Positions 1-8,622 of a stretch of 64,000 nucleotides of DNA are shown piece after piece. The position numbers and the translations under genes were made by a program. A model generated the notes under the pieces. It worked only from the letters and a program-made list of their open reading frames with translations. It had not been told where the DNA came from and did not search any database. The DNA lies in contig DAOMQA010000003.1 of NCBI GenBank assembly GCA_035445085.1, forward strand, positions 44,368 to 108,367, written 5' to 3'. The first letter of the stretch is position 1; the number at the start of each line of letters is the position of its first letter. The DNA is from Candidatus Kapaibacterium sp. (GTDB taxonomy: Bacteria > Bacteroidota > Ignavibacteria > Kapaibacteriales > UBA2268).

Positions 1-1
1 G

Positions 2-994
2 ATTGGTTTCTTGGGTATAATCTTATATGTTGTGCCTATGTATTGGGCAGGTGTTACTCAAGGGTTAATGTGGAAACAATTCTCTCCGGATGGATTTTTG
101 TTATACAAAAACTTCTTAGAAACTGTAGCTCCGTTAGTTCCGATGTATATTATACGTTCTATTGGTGGTAGCTTGTTTCTTACTGGCGCCTTATTAATGG
201 TATATAATTTAACAAGAACTGCCTTAGCTGGTAATTTTGTTGCAAACGAACAAGCGCAAGCTGCGGCTTTACCTAAAGAATTTAAAGAAAAAATTGGGCA
301 TAAATGGCTTGAAGGAAAGCCCGTTCAATTTACTATTGCTTCTTTTGTTGCTGTGGCACTTGGCGGCTTTTTAGAAATAGTGCCAATGCAAATTATTAAA
401 TCGAATGTTCCTACTATCCCAAGCGTAAAGCCTTATACTCCATTAGAATTAATAGGAAGAGACATATATGTAAGAGAAGGTTGCTATACTTGCCACTCAC
501 AGCTCATTAGACCATTCCGTTCAGAAACAGAAAGATATGGGGAGTACTCAAAATCGGGTGAATTTGTCTACGATCATCCTTTCCAATGGGGTTCTAAAAG
601 AACAGGACCAGATTTGCATAGAGTAGGGGGTAAATACCCAAACGCTTGGCATTATCAGCATATGTACGACCCTCAATCTATTTCTCCGGGCTCAATTATG
701 CCTCGCTATCCATGGCTTATTAGTGATAATTATGACATAAAAATTATTTCTAACAAAATTAAAGCTATGCAATTCTTAGGAGTGCCATATCCAGTAGGTT
801 ATGCAGATGTTGCGGAACAAGATGTTATTACACAAGCAAAAGATATAGCTTTGGATCTTAAAAATTCTAATATCAAAGTAGAGCATACTAAGGAAATTAT
901 AGCCTTAACTGCATATTTACAACGATTAGGAACAGATATTAAAGCTAAGAACGATGGGCAAGCTAACTTAAATTTACAAGCGGTAACTAAATAA
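2..994 (+). CDS. ccoNO: C-terminal part of fused cbb3-type cytochrome c oxidase subunit I/II (CcoN-CcoO); 5' end lies outside the window
   Basis: Frame open from base 2 (IGFLGIILYVVPMYWAG, CcoN C-terminus), running without a stop into CcoO motifs GRDIYVREGCYTCHSQLIRP and WGSKRTGPDLHRVG; one CxxCH. Confidence 0.95.
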   Translation: MGFLGIILYVVPMYWAGVTQGLMWKQFSPDGFLLYKNFLETVAPLVPMYIIRSIGGSLFLTGALLMVYNLTRTALAGNFVANEQAQAAALPKEFKEKIGHKWLEGKPVQFTIASFVAVALGGFLEIVPMQIIKSNVPTIPSVKPYTPLELIGRDIYVREGCYTCHSQLIRPFRSETERYGEYSKSGEFVYDHPFQWGSKRTGPDLHRVGGKYPNAWHYQHMYDPQSISPGSIMPRYPWLISDNYDIKIISNKIKAMQFLGVPYPVGYADVAEQDVITQAKDIALDLKNSNIKVEHTKEIIALTAYLQRLGTDIKAKNDGQANLNLQAVTK

Positions 995-995
995 T

Positions 996-1184
996 ATGTT
1001 TAAACATTTATATAGCAATTTAGAACATTTTGCAATATTTCCAATATTAGCAATGCTAATATTTATGGCTGTATTTATTGGTGTTGTAATCTTTGCTTAC
1101 AAAATGAAAAAATCAACGGTAGATTATATTAGTAATCTACCGCTTGAAGATGATGAGAGTAAATCAAAAAATGGAGAAAATTAA
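996..1184 (+). CDS. ccoQ: cbb3 oxidase subunit CcoQ
   Basis: 62 aa, one TM helix, ends LPLEDDE; lies between ccoNO and ccoP. Confidence 0.85.
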   Translation: MFKHLYSNLEHFAIFPILAMLIFMAVFIGVVIFAYKMKKSTVDYISNLPLEDDESKSKNGEN

Positions 1185-1187
1185 AAT

Positions 1188-1757
1188 ATGTCAAAAGTTG
1201 AAGACAAACTATTAGATCATAATTATGATGGCATTCACGAATATGACAATCCACTACCAAGTTGGTGGACATCTATGTTCATTATCTTGATTGTATGGAG
1301 TGTTGGGTATATTTTTTATTACCATGTTGCTGGAATAGGCGGCGATCAGATAGATGAATATTTAGCTGAATACCAATCTTCTGGTAATGATGCTAATGCA
1401 AAAGTAGATGCTTTAAAGAAAATATGGGATAATGTACAATATGTAGCTGTTAGCGACCCTAAGGCTATATCTGCTGGCGAGAAAACTTACAAGGCTAACT
1501 GTGCTTCTTGCCATGGACCGGTATGCGAAGGAGGTATTGGTCCAAATTTAACAGATAAAAATTGGTTACATGGGGGAGACATAGAACACGTAATGAAAAC
1601 TATTATTAACGGGGTGCCAGAAAAAGGTATGATTTCGTGGAAACCTTTGCTGTCTCCTGAACAAATTCAAGAAGTTGCTAGTTTTATATTAACTTTACAA
1701 GGTTCAAACCCACCAAACGCAAAAGCTCCGCAAGGAGATGTTTGGGAAGGTAAATAA
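1188..1757 (+). CDS. ccoP: cbb3 oxidase subunit III, short monoheme CcoP
   Basis: DHNYDGIHEYDNPLPSWW N-terminal motif, one CASCH, GGIGPNLTD, GM..W. Confidence 0.93.
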   Translation: MSKVEDKLLDHNYDGIHEYDNPLPSWWTSMFIILIVWSVGYIFYYHVAGIGGDQIDEYLAEYQSSGNDANAKVDALKKIWDNVQYVAVSDPKAISAGEKTYKANCASCHGPVCEGGIGPNLTDKNWLHGGDIEHVMKTIINGVPEKGMISWKPLLSPEQIQEVASFILTLQGSNPPNAKAPQGDVWEGK

Positions 1758-1765
1758 TTGATATT

Positions 1766-3235
1766 ATGGAAAAGCCATTTAAGGAGTTAAATACTCTTAA
1801 TGATTCCAATCCCAATAAAAAGAAAGCGAAATTAATTACCGATACTGGTCTTGATTTTAGGGATAGGGTTAGCCATTATGATAACAAAGGCAAGCGTGTT
1901 TGGGTTTATCCCAAAAAGCCTGCAGGTAAATATCATAGATGGAGGGTGATTGTTGCCGTTATTCTTCTTGCAATAATGTTTGGATTGCCTTTCATTAAGA
2001 TAAATAACAATCCTTTTGTACTACTTGATGTATTACAAAGAAAATTTATAATCTTTGGGGCTGTATTCTGGCCACAAGATTTTCATATTCTTGCTCTTAG
2101 CTTTTTAGCTTTAGTGATTTTTGTGGTGTTGTTTACTACTATTTATGGTAGAATATGGTGTGGGTGGGCATGCCCGCAAACGATATTTATGGAAATGGTA
2201 TTCCGTAAAATTGAATATTGGATTGAAGGAGATTATCATCAGCAAAAGGAATTAAATAATTCTCCCATGAACGGTAATAAATTTATTAAAAAGTTTGCCA
2301 AACATAGTATATTCTTATTTATTTCATTCTTAATCAGTAATTTGGTACTGTCTTATATCATCGGCGTTGATAATGTCTTGCTGATGATGACCGATGGTCC
2401 ACTTGCTCATATAGGAGTGTTTGTAGCGGTTGTAGGGAATACGGGAGTATTTTATTTCGTTTATTCTTGGTTTAGAGAGCAAGCTTGTGTTTATGTTTGC
2501 CCTTACGGAAGGTTACAATCTGTGTTAATTGATAAAAATACATTGGTTGTTGCTTACGATTACAAAAGAGGCGAGCCAAGAGAGAAATTTAAGAAAAATC
2601 AAGAGCAAAATGCTGGAGATTGCGTTGATTGTGCTGCTTGTGTGAAGGTATGCCCAACAGGTATAGATATTCGTAATGGCACACAATTGGAATGCGTAAA
2701 TTGCACTGCATGCATGGATGCTTGTGATGAAGTCATGTTAAAAGTGAATAGACCAACAGGATTGATTAGGTATGCTTCTATTACGAATATAGAGGAAGGT
2801 ACAAAGTATACTTTTGGTGCAAGAACGACTTTATATACTATTGCCCTGGTTATATTATTAGGCGTAATTAGTTATTTGATGACAACTCGCAGCCAAGTAG
2901 AAGCTAATATATTAAAAGCAAAGGGTTCTACTTTTCAATATACCGAAAACAACCATATTGCTAATATTTATACTGTTACTTGTATTAACAAATCATTTGA
3001 CCCGATAAACCTTGAATTCAAGCTGATAGATTTAAAGGGTAAGATAACGGTTATTGGTAACAAAAAATTAGAATTGTCGCCTAATGGTATACTTGATGCT
3101 ACTATTATGATAGAATTAAATAGGAGTGATATTACGGGTACAAGAAATGAAATACATATTGGATTATATAGTAATAATAAATTGATACAAAATATCTCTA
3201 CTGGTTTTACAGGACCAGCACCGGGAATGCAATAA
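1766..3235 (+). CDS. ccoG: cbb3 oxidase accessory 4Fe-4S protein CcoG/FixG
   Basis: GRIWCGWACPQT, CVYVCPYGRLQ, CVDCAACVKVCPTGIDIR, CVNCTACMDAC. Confidence 0.95.
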   Translation: MEKPFKELNTLNDSNPNKKKAKLITDTGLDFRDRVSHYDNKGKRVWVYPKKPAGKYHRWRVIVAVILLAIMFGLPFIKINNNPFVLLDVLQRKFIIFGAVFWPQDFHILALSFLALVIFVVLFTTIYGRIWCGWACPQTIFMEMVFRKIEYWIEGDYHQQKELNNSPMNGNKFIKKFAKHSIFLFISFLISNLVLSYIIGVDNVLLMMTDGPLAHIGVFVAVVGNTGVFYFVYSWFREQACVYVCPYGRLQSVLIDKNTLVVAYDYKRGEPREKFKKNQEQNAGDCVDCAACVKVCPTGIDIRNGTQLECVNCTACMDACDEVMLKVNRPTGLIRYASITNIEEGTKYTFGARTTLYTIALVILLGVISYLMTTRSQVEANILKAKGSTFQYTENNHIANIYTVTCINKSFDPINLEFKLIDLKGKITVIGNKKLELSPNGILDATIMIELNRSDITGTRNEIHIGLYSNNKLIQNISTGFTGPAPGMQ

Positions 3236-3236
3236 T

Positions 3237-3686
3237 ATGAAAATTTATGGTAACTGGGGGCTATTAGTCCCCACTTTCTTCTTTACTTTTGTTGTTTTAT
3301 TTGGCTCGCTTGTTATATGGACAAGCACTCAATCATTTGAATTAGTCGATGATAAATATTACGAAAAAGAAAAAGATTTTAATAAGCAAATTGAAAAAAT
3401 GGAAAGGTCTAATCGTTTGAGCGAGCAATTGGCTTTTTTTTATTCTGATAATCAGTTAAATATAAAATTTCCTAAAATAGCAAACTATAATATGATGAAA
3501 GGCGAAGTGTATTTTTTCCGCCCATCTGAAAAGAATCTTGATTTTAAGGCGAGCTTTAATGTTGATAGTGGCTATACAGCAGCATTTGCAAGCGAAAGAC
3601 TCAAAGAAGGTTTGTGGAAATTAAAAGTTAATTGGTCTGCAGGCGACTCAACTTATTATTCAGAAAGCTCTTTTATAGCGGACTAA
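3237..3686 (+). CDS. ccoH: FixH/CcoH family protein
   Basis: N-terminal TM helix, LVDDKYYEKEKDFNKQI, YFFRPS, GLWKLKVNW; follows ccoG. Confidence 0.85.
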   Translation: MKIYGNWGLLVPTFFFTFVVLFGSLVIWTSTQSFELVDDKYYEKEKDFNKQIEKMERSNRLSEQLAFFYSDNQLNIKFPKIANYNMMKGEVYFFRPSEKNLDFKASFNVDSGYTAAFASERLKEGLWKLKVNWSAGDSTYYSESSFIAD

Positions 3687-3690
3687 TATA

Positions 3691-4404
3691 ATGGATTTTT
3701 TTATTTGGACTGGCTTTACCTTAGGAATCTTTGGTAGTTTGCATTGTTTGGGTATGTGTGGACCATTGGTATTAGCTATACCAATTATAAGTAAAACAAA
3801 GTTTGGAATTGCACTCGATGGCATAATTTATAATTTGGGGCGTACACTTACTTATACATTTATGGGCTTTTTATTAGGAGTGTTGGGTGTTTCAGTAAAA
3901 TTTGCTGGCATACAAGATTATGTTTCTATTACCTTAGGTGTTTTATTATTGCTTTCCTTGGTTGTGCCACGTAAGTATTATAAATCATTGGATAGTAAAA
4001 AAAGTATCAATAAAATTGTCATTAATATTAAAAAGCAATTCAAATCATTAATAGAAACGAGAAGCAGATTTTCTTTGCTTTTTATTGGTGTCTTAAATGG
4101 ATTTTTGCCTTGTGGACTGGTGTACGCTGCCTTAGCTGGCTCATTAGCTATGAATGACCTAGCGAGTAGCTCTTTATATATGTTTGCCTTTGGGTTAGGT
4201 ACTATACCAATGCTTGCTACTGTATATTTTACTAAAAACCTATTTACTCCTAAGTTGCGTGCTAATCTAAATAAGCTTATTCCATATACGATAGCAGTAG
4301 TTGCCGTGATATTAATCCTTAGAGGATTAAACTTAGGTATACCTTATATTAGTCCCACGCCTCAAAGTCTTGAGATAACAAATAGCGGTGCTTGTTGCCA
4401 CTAA
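3691..4404 (+). CDS. DsbD_2 / TauE-SafE-like membrane protein of the cbb3 maturation cluster
   Basis: GSLHCLGMCGPLV, YNLGR, GFLPCGLVY motifs; C-terminal CCH. Confidence 0.88.
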   Translation: MDFFIWTGFTLGIFGSLHCLGMCGPLVLAIPIISKTKFGIALDGIIYNLGRTLTYTFMGFLLGVLGVSVKFAGIQDYVSITLGVLLLLSLVVPRKYYKSLDSKKSINKIVINIKKQFKSLIETRSRFSLLFIGVLNGFLPCGLVYAALAGSLAMNDLASSSLYMFAFGLGTIPMLATVYFTKNLFTPKLRANLNKLIPYTIAVVAVILILRGLNLGIPYISPTPQSLEITNSGACCH

Positions 4405-4532
4405 CGGTTTGCGGCTTTGCGCTCGGACGGGCAATCGAAGCACTAAAGTTGAATTTAGTACAACCGCTGAATATAGCACAAATGTTGAATTTTGTACTTC
4501 TCCCCAGCTCTTGCAAAACCGCTTGTTATGCC
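4397..4532 (-). repeat. attC-like site (136 bp) after the DUF262 cassette
   Basis: Minus strand GGCATAAC...GTTAGTGGC; imperfect hairpin arms gcggctttgcg/tgcaaaaccgc and gaagcac/gtacttc. Confidence 0.8.
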
Positions 4533-4546
4533 TTCGCCCTTCTTTT

Positions 4547-6615
4547 CTAGTCAGTATATTTGATTGATAATTCGTCTTCAAATCCAAAAATTGTCAAGGC
4601 TTGTTTTATTCTGTCAAACTTGCCCATATTGTCAAGATTTGCTTCTATAAAATATGTATCACTTATCGGAACTGCTTGTCTTAGTCCACTTGTTTCAGGT
4701 GTTTTAGTCAAACTTAATCTGTCGCCAATTTCTGATGTAAAAAAAGTTTCTGGTTGTAAGTCGAATAGTTGCTTAAATACTTCAATGTAAAGTTTTGCTA
4801 CTTGTGTAACTTCAAGTTTTTGATTGAAGAAAATCGCATATTCTAATTTTTTGTGTTTGGGGTCTTCTGCATCAAAAATACTTATTTCGTCATTAGTCGC
4901 TTCAAGCTCAATATTTATTTCTGGAATTCCCCAAATTTTTATAAAGCGTTCTGAAATTGTGTTTGCTCTCATTTCAATTTCAGACTTATTCCACTTCGTT
5001 TTTTCTTTTAAATCTCTATTTAGCCAAAGTCTGCTGAAAATGTATCCTTGTTCTTTACCGTCCACGTTCATTACTTTCTTGTCAAGAAATGGCTTGTTAC
5101 TTAATTTGCCGTTGTTGCCTGAAAGAGTAAGATTTCCGATTGTGTTTAGATAGTTTTCTTTTATCAAATTGTATTCGTCTGCACCTAATTCAATTTTCCA
5201 TTTTGGGTCAGGGTTTTGCGGAAAAATATGTTCAATAGTTATATTGGAATTTCCTTCAATTGCTACTGGTTCATTGTTTTGAAAGTTTTCAAGTCGTTCT
5301 AATAAGTAAGTTCGGTTTTTAGGTTTAATGTTGTAAACATCTTTTTCTTTTAGTGCGTTTATCGTTTCTGTGTTTCTTGGGAAACGTTGAACACCAGACC
5401 TTTGAAGTAAAGATTTTTGAATTGAAAACAAATAATTGTTTGGCTCAACTTTATCATATAAGCCCATAAATATTTTATTAAGTGCATTGGTAGGCAAGCC
5501 TAAAATAAAACGTCTGAATATGAATGATTGAACTGTCGATAAAACTGAAATAAAAGTTGCTTTATCAATTATGTTATTTGAAAAATCTTCATAAACTTTC
5601 ATTAAGAATGGAAACGCAACATTTATTTCTAACCTGTTGATGTATTCAAGTTGAGTTCGTATTAGCTTATCAGGTTCATTTTTTGGGTTAGTCAGTTTGT
5701 TGTAATACTTAACTAATGATTGTAATTCTGCTAGGACAAGCTCTAATTCGTTAATAGTTGAAGTCGGATATTTTTCTTTGAATTTTGTATAAACGTCTCC
5801 TTTATTTGGAATTTCTTTGTTTTTAAGTGTCAAATAATCCCGGATAAACTCAGAAACACGAGTTTTATTTAATGTCTCATCCTTAGCATTTTTCTCGATT
5901 ACTTCCCAATAGTTTTTGTAAATTTTGTCTTGATTGATTCTTGAAAGTCCCATCAAAATATAATTTCTAATAAGATCAGCTTGTGATAATTCAAGTCCTG
6001 TCGAATTCAAACTTTCAAAAATTCTTTGTGGATTGTCTCTTTGTCTATCAAGAGCAATATCAACAAAAATTAGCTTTGAAAGTCCACGCTGAACAACTTC
6101 AAAGTTCTCCGCATTAATTGCTGACCTGAAATAAACAAAATTCTCAATAATTTTTGAGTAGCCTCTAAATTCTTCTCCGTCTGTTGAATTTAGAATGTGT
6201 CGAAGTGCTTCTTTATTATTTTCTGTTGGTTTTAACTTTAACTTTTCTTCTCCGGGTGCAAATTCATTTATCAAATAAGTTTTCTGAATTCGGTTGGCCA
6301 CATTTGGTTGTCAAGTTCCTTCGCAAGGCGGTAAAGTGCAATGTAAATTAAGGTAATTGTTGTAAGCCTTTGCTGTCCATCAATGATGGTTAATTCAGTC
6401 AAACCCGAAGCCGTGTAAACGTCATCGTGAACATAAACTATACTTCCAATAAAGTGAGCATTTGTCTTGTCGTTCTTTCCCGTTTCAATTATGTCGTGAA
6501 GTAATTGTTTACATTGAAACAATGTCCAATCGTAATTTCTCTGATAAACAGGAATGGCAAATGTCGTTTCATTTGTTGCTAAAAATTTATCTACTTTGGT
6601 TTCGTTCGCTTTCAT
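4547..6615 (-). pseudogene. GmrSD-like DUF262 + DUF1524 (HNH) putative type IV restriction protein, split by a 1-bp frameshift near 6300
   Basis: ORF 6615-6271 has IPVYQRNYDW and IIDGQQRLTT. ORF 6301-4547 has FESLNSTGLELSQADLIRN, TIEHIFPQ and IGNLTLSGNNGKLSN. Adding one T (ATG TTG GCC) joins them into about 689 aa. Confidence 0.85.
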
Positions 6616-6648
6616 ATTTTATTTCTGCCTGTCAGTTTGTTTACGGTT

Positions 6649-6898
6649 GCCACTAGCTTACAAATATACGAACATTCGTATATAAATACTAATACAACAA
6701 TTAATATTATTTCTAATATACGAAAAAAATTAGTATTTTCCGATAACTAATAATTCCTTTCTAATTTAATTATAAAACAACTTTCTATTTAGGTACGCTT
6801 TCAATGGCTGAAAGTTGCGACTTGCGAGGGTGGGTGGTGGAGTACAAAAGTTTAATTTAGCACTTCAGCCCCCATTTTGCCAAACCCTTGTTAGTGGC
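6649..6898 (-). repeat. Composite att site, copy 1 (250 bp): attC-like arm + AT-rich palindromic module
   Basis: Direct repeat of 7511-7758; minus-strand ends GCCACTAAC ... GCTAGTGGC. Confidence 0.85.
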
Positions 6899-7490
6899 TG
6901 CCTTTCTTTGCATCTGTAAGTTTCAAATATTCGTTTCCTCGTCTCTCTATCAAGTTTTCTAAACTTTCAAAATAGTTCAGTCCTGCAAGTCCTGTCCCGT
7001 ATGGTGCAACTGTTATTTCACTAATCAAATATCCATTGTCTAATAGGAGAAGTCCTTTATCGGTATCGTCTGCATACCAAATAAAGTCAACTATTTTTCT
7101 GTTCTTAATATGTTTTAGTTTGTTTTCCCTGTAGTCAACTTTATATGGTTGATAATCCTTGATTACGATGTCTTGTCCAAATAAAAATTTACGAAGTCTG
7201 TTAAATATATTCTGTCTTTGTCGTTGGTAACTATCGGCAATTTCTCCGACTGTTTTGTTGTTCTTGTTGACGTAATAAATGGGATAGTCCGATAAGTCAG
7301 CGAAAAGGCTTACAGCTTCTTTGTTTAACTCCTTTAACCAAATGTCGTCATTATGACAAAGTGGAATGTCAATAATATATTTGTTGTCAAGTTCTATAAA
7401 ACACTCACAAGTGTCTAAGCCGCCAACCTCCATTTTTAACAATGAATAAATGTTTGTAACAGTTTTACCTATAATTTCTCCTGTCTGCAT
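6891..7490 (-). CDS. Hypothetical cassette protein (199 aa)
   Basis: ATG 29 bp after the GTTAGTGGC core; stop codon lies inside the GCCACTAAC box; no motif recognised. Confidence 0.8.
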   Translation of the reverse strand: MQTGEIIGKTVTNIYSLLKMEVGGLDTCECFIELDNKYIIDIPLCHNDDIWLKELNKEAVSLFADLSDYPIYYVNKNNKTVGEIADSYQRQRQNIFNRLRKFLFGQDIVIKDYQPYKVDYRENKLKHIKNRKIVDFIWYADDTDKGLLLLDNGYLISEITVAPYGTGLAGLNYFESLENLIERRGNEYLKLTDAKKGSH

Positions 7491-7510
7491 CTCGGGTGTT
7501 GGTTAAGGTT

Positions 7511-7758
7511 GCCACTAACTTATAAATATACGAACATTCGTATATAAATACTAATTCAACAATTAATATTATTTCTAATATACGAAAAAAATTAATATTT
7601 TCCGATAACTAATAATCCCTTCCTAATTTAATTATAAAACAACTTTCTATTTAGGTACGCTTTCAATGGCTGAAAGTACTACTTGCAGGTGGGTGGGGGG
7701 AGTACAAAAGTTCAATTTAGCACTTCAGCCCCCATTTTGCCAAACCCTTGTTGTGTGC
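7511..7758 (-). repeat. Composite att site, copy 2 (248 bp)
   Basis: Direct repeat of 6649-6898; minus-strand ends GCACACAAC ... GTTAGTGGC. Confidence 0.85.
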
Positions 7759-7767
7759 AGTGCTTTT

Positions 7768-8622
7768 TTAGCCATATTTTTCTGCTGGTTCAAATAATGT
7801 CAATTGTTGTTGTTCTGGTAATGCTTCAAGATAGTTTGAAATAAAAAGCTCTTTCCCTTTTTGGTCTGCACTTGCTGTTACATTTCGCATTCCATACATC
7901 AATTCCCAAGGTATAATATTTGCAAATGAAAACAACTCTCTAATGTATTCGCTGTCGTCATAAGTAATGAGCCATTTATGCTTGCAGGTCTTCATATTGT
8001 CGGCAAACTTAACGTGGTCAAATGATTTGTGCATATTGCCATTCTTTCCATATAGTGCCGATTTTGTTGCTGAATAATAAGGTGGGTCAAGAAAAATAAA
8101 AACATTTTCTCCGTCCTTTTTCAATAATTCTTCATAATCAAGGTTTGTGATAGTTGAACCATTTATAACTTTTGCAAATTGGTTAAGTCGTTGAATACTA
8201 CTTTCTGTAAAGCGTCCTATAAAAGCACCTTCACTAAAACCACCACTCAAACTTGTTCCTGAAAATGTTATTCGGTTATATATAAAAAATGCTGCACCTC
8301 TTTCTAAATCGTTGAATGAAGCCAAATTTTCATTTAGAAATTTATGTAATTCTTTCCCTACTGGAAATTGGTTACGCCATTCATAAATTTTGTCAATAAG
8401 AGCATCTACATCTTTTTGGGCCATCTCCCAAAACTTGTAGAGTTCAAAATAAAGGTCGTTAATCCAAAAAGTTTTATTTGGAAAGCGTTGTTTTGCATAA
8501 ATGAAAATTGAACCACCGCCTAAAAATGGTTCTCTAAATTCGTCAAATTCAGGAATAATTGTAGATATTAAATCTACCGACCTGCTTTTTCCACCTGGGT
8601 ATCTTAACGGACTTTTTATCAT
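7768..8622 (-). CDS. Dam/D12-class N6-adenine DNA methyltransferase
   Basis: KSPLRYPGGKS, EPFLGGGS (SAM binding), FLDPPY (catalytic). Confidence 0.93.
   Translation of the reverse strand: MIKSPLRYPGGKSRSVDLISTIIPEFDEFREPFLGGGSIFIYAKQRFPNKTFWINDLYFELYKFWEMAQKDVDALIDKIYEWRNQFPVGKELHKFLNENLASFNDLERGAAFFIYNRITFSGTSLSGGFSEGAFIGRFTESSIQRLNQFAKVINGSTITNLDYEELLKKDGENVFIFLDPPYYSATKSALYGKNGNMHKSFDHVKFADNMKTCKHKWLITYDDSEYIRELFSFANIIPWELMYGMRNVTASADQKGKELFISNYLEALPEQQQLTLFEPAEKYG

Noticed and set aside
4333-4587. 84-aa minus-strand ORF
   Set aside because: Shadow ORF running through the attC-like hairpin and overlapping two real genes.
6649-7758. Repeats as a CRISPR array
   Set aside because: Only two ~250-bp units separated by a whole gene; no short repeat-spacer periodicity and no cas genes.
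6649-7758. Repeats as a DGR template/variable repeat pair
   Set aside because: Both copies are non-coding, mismatches are not confined to adenines of one copy on one strand, and there is no reverse transcriptase in the window.
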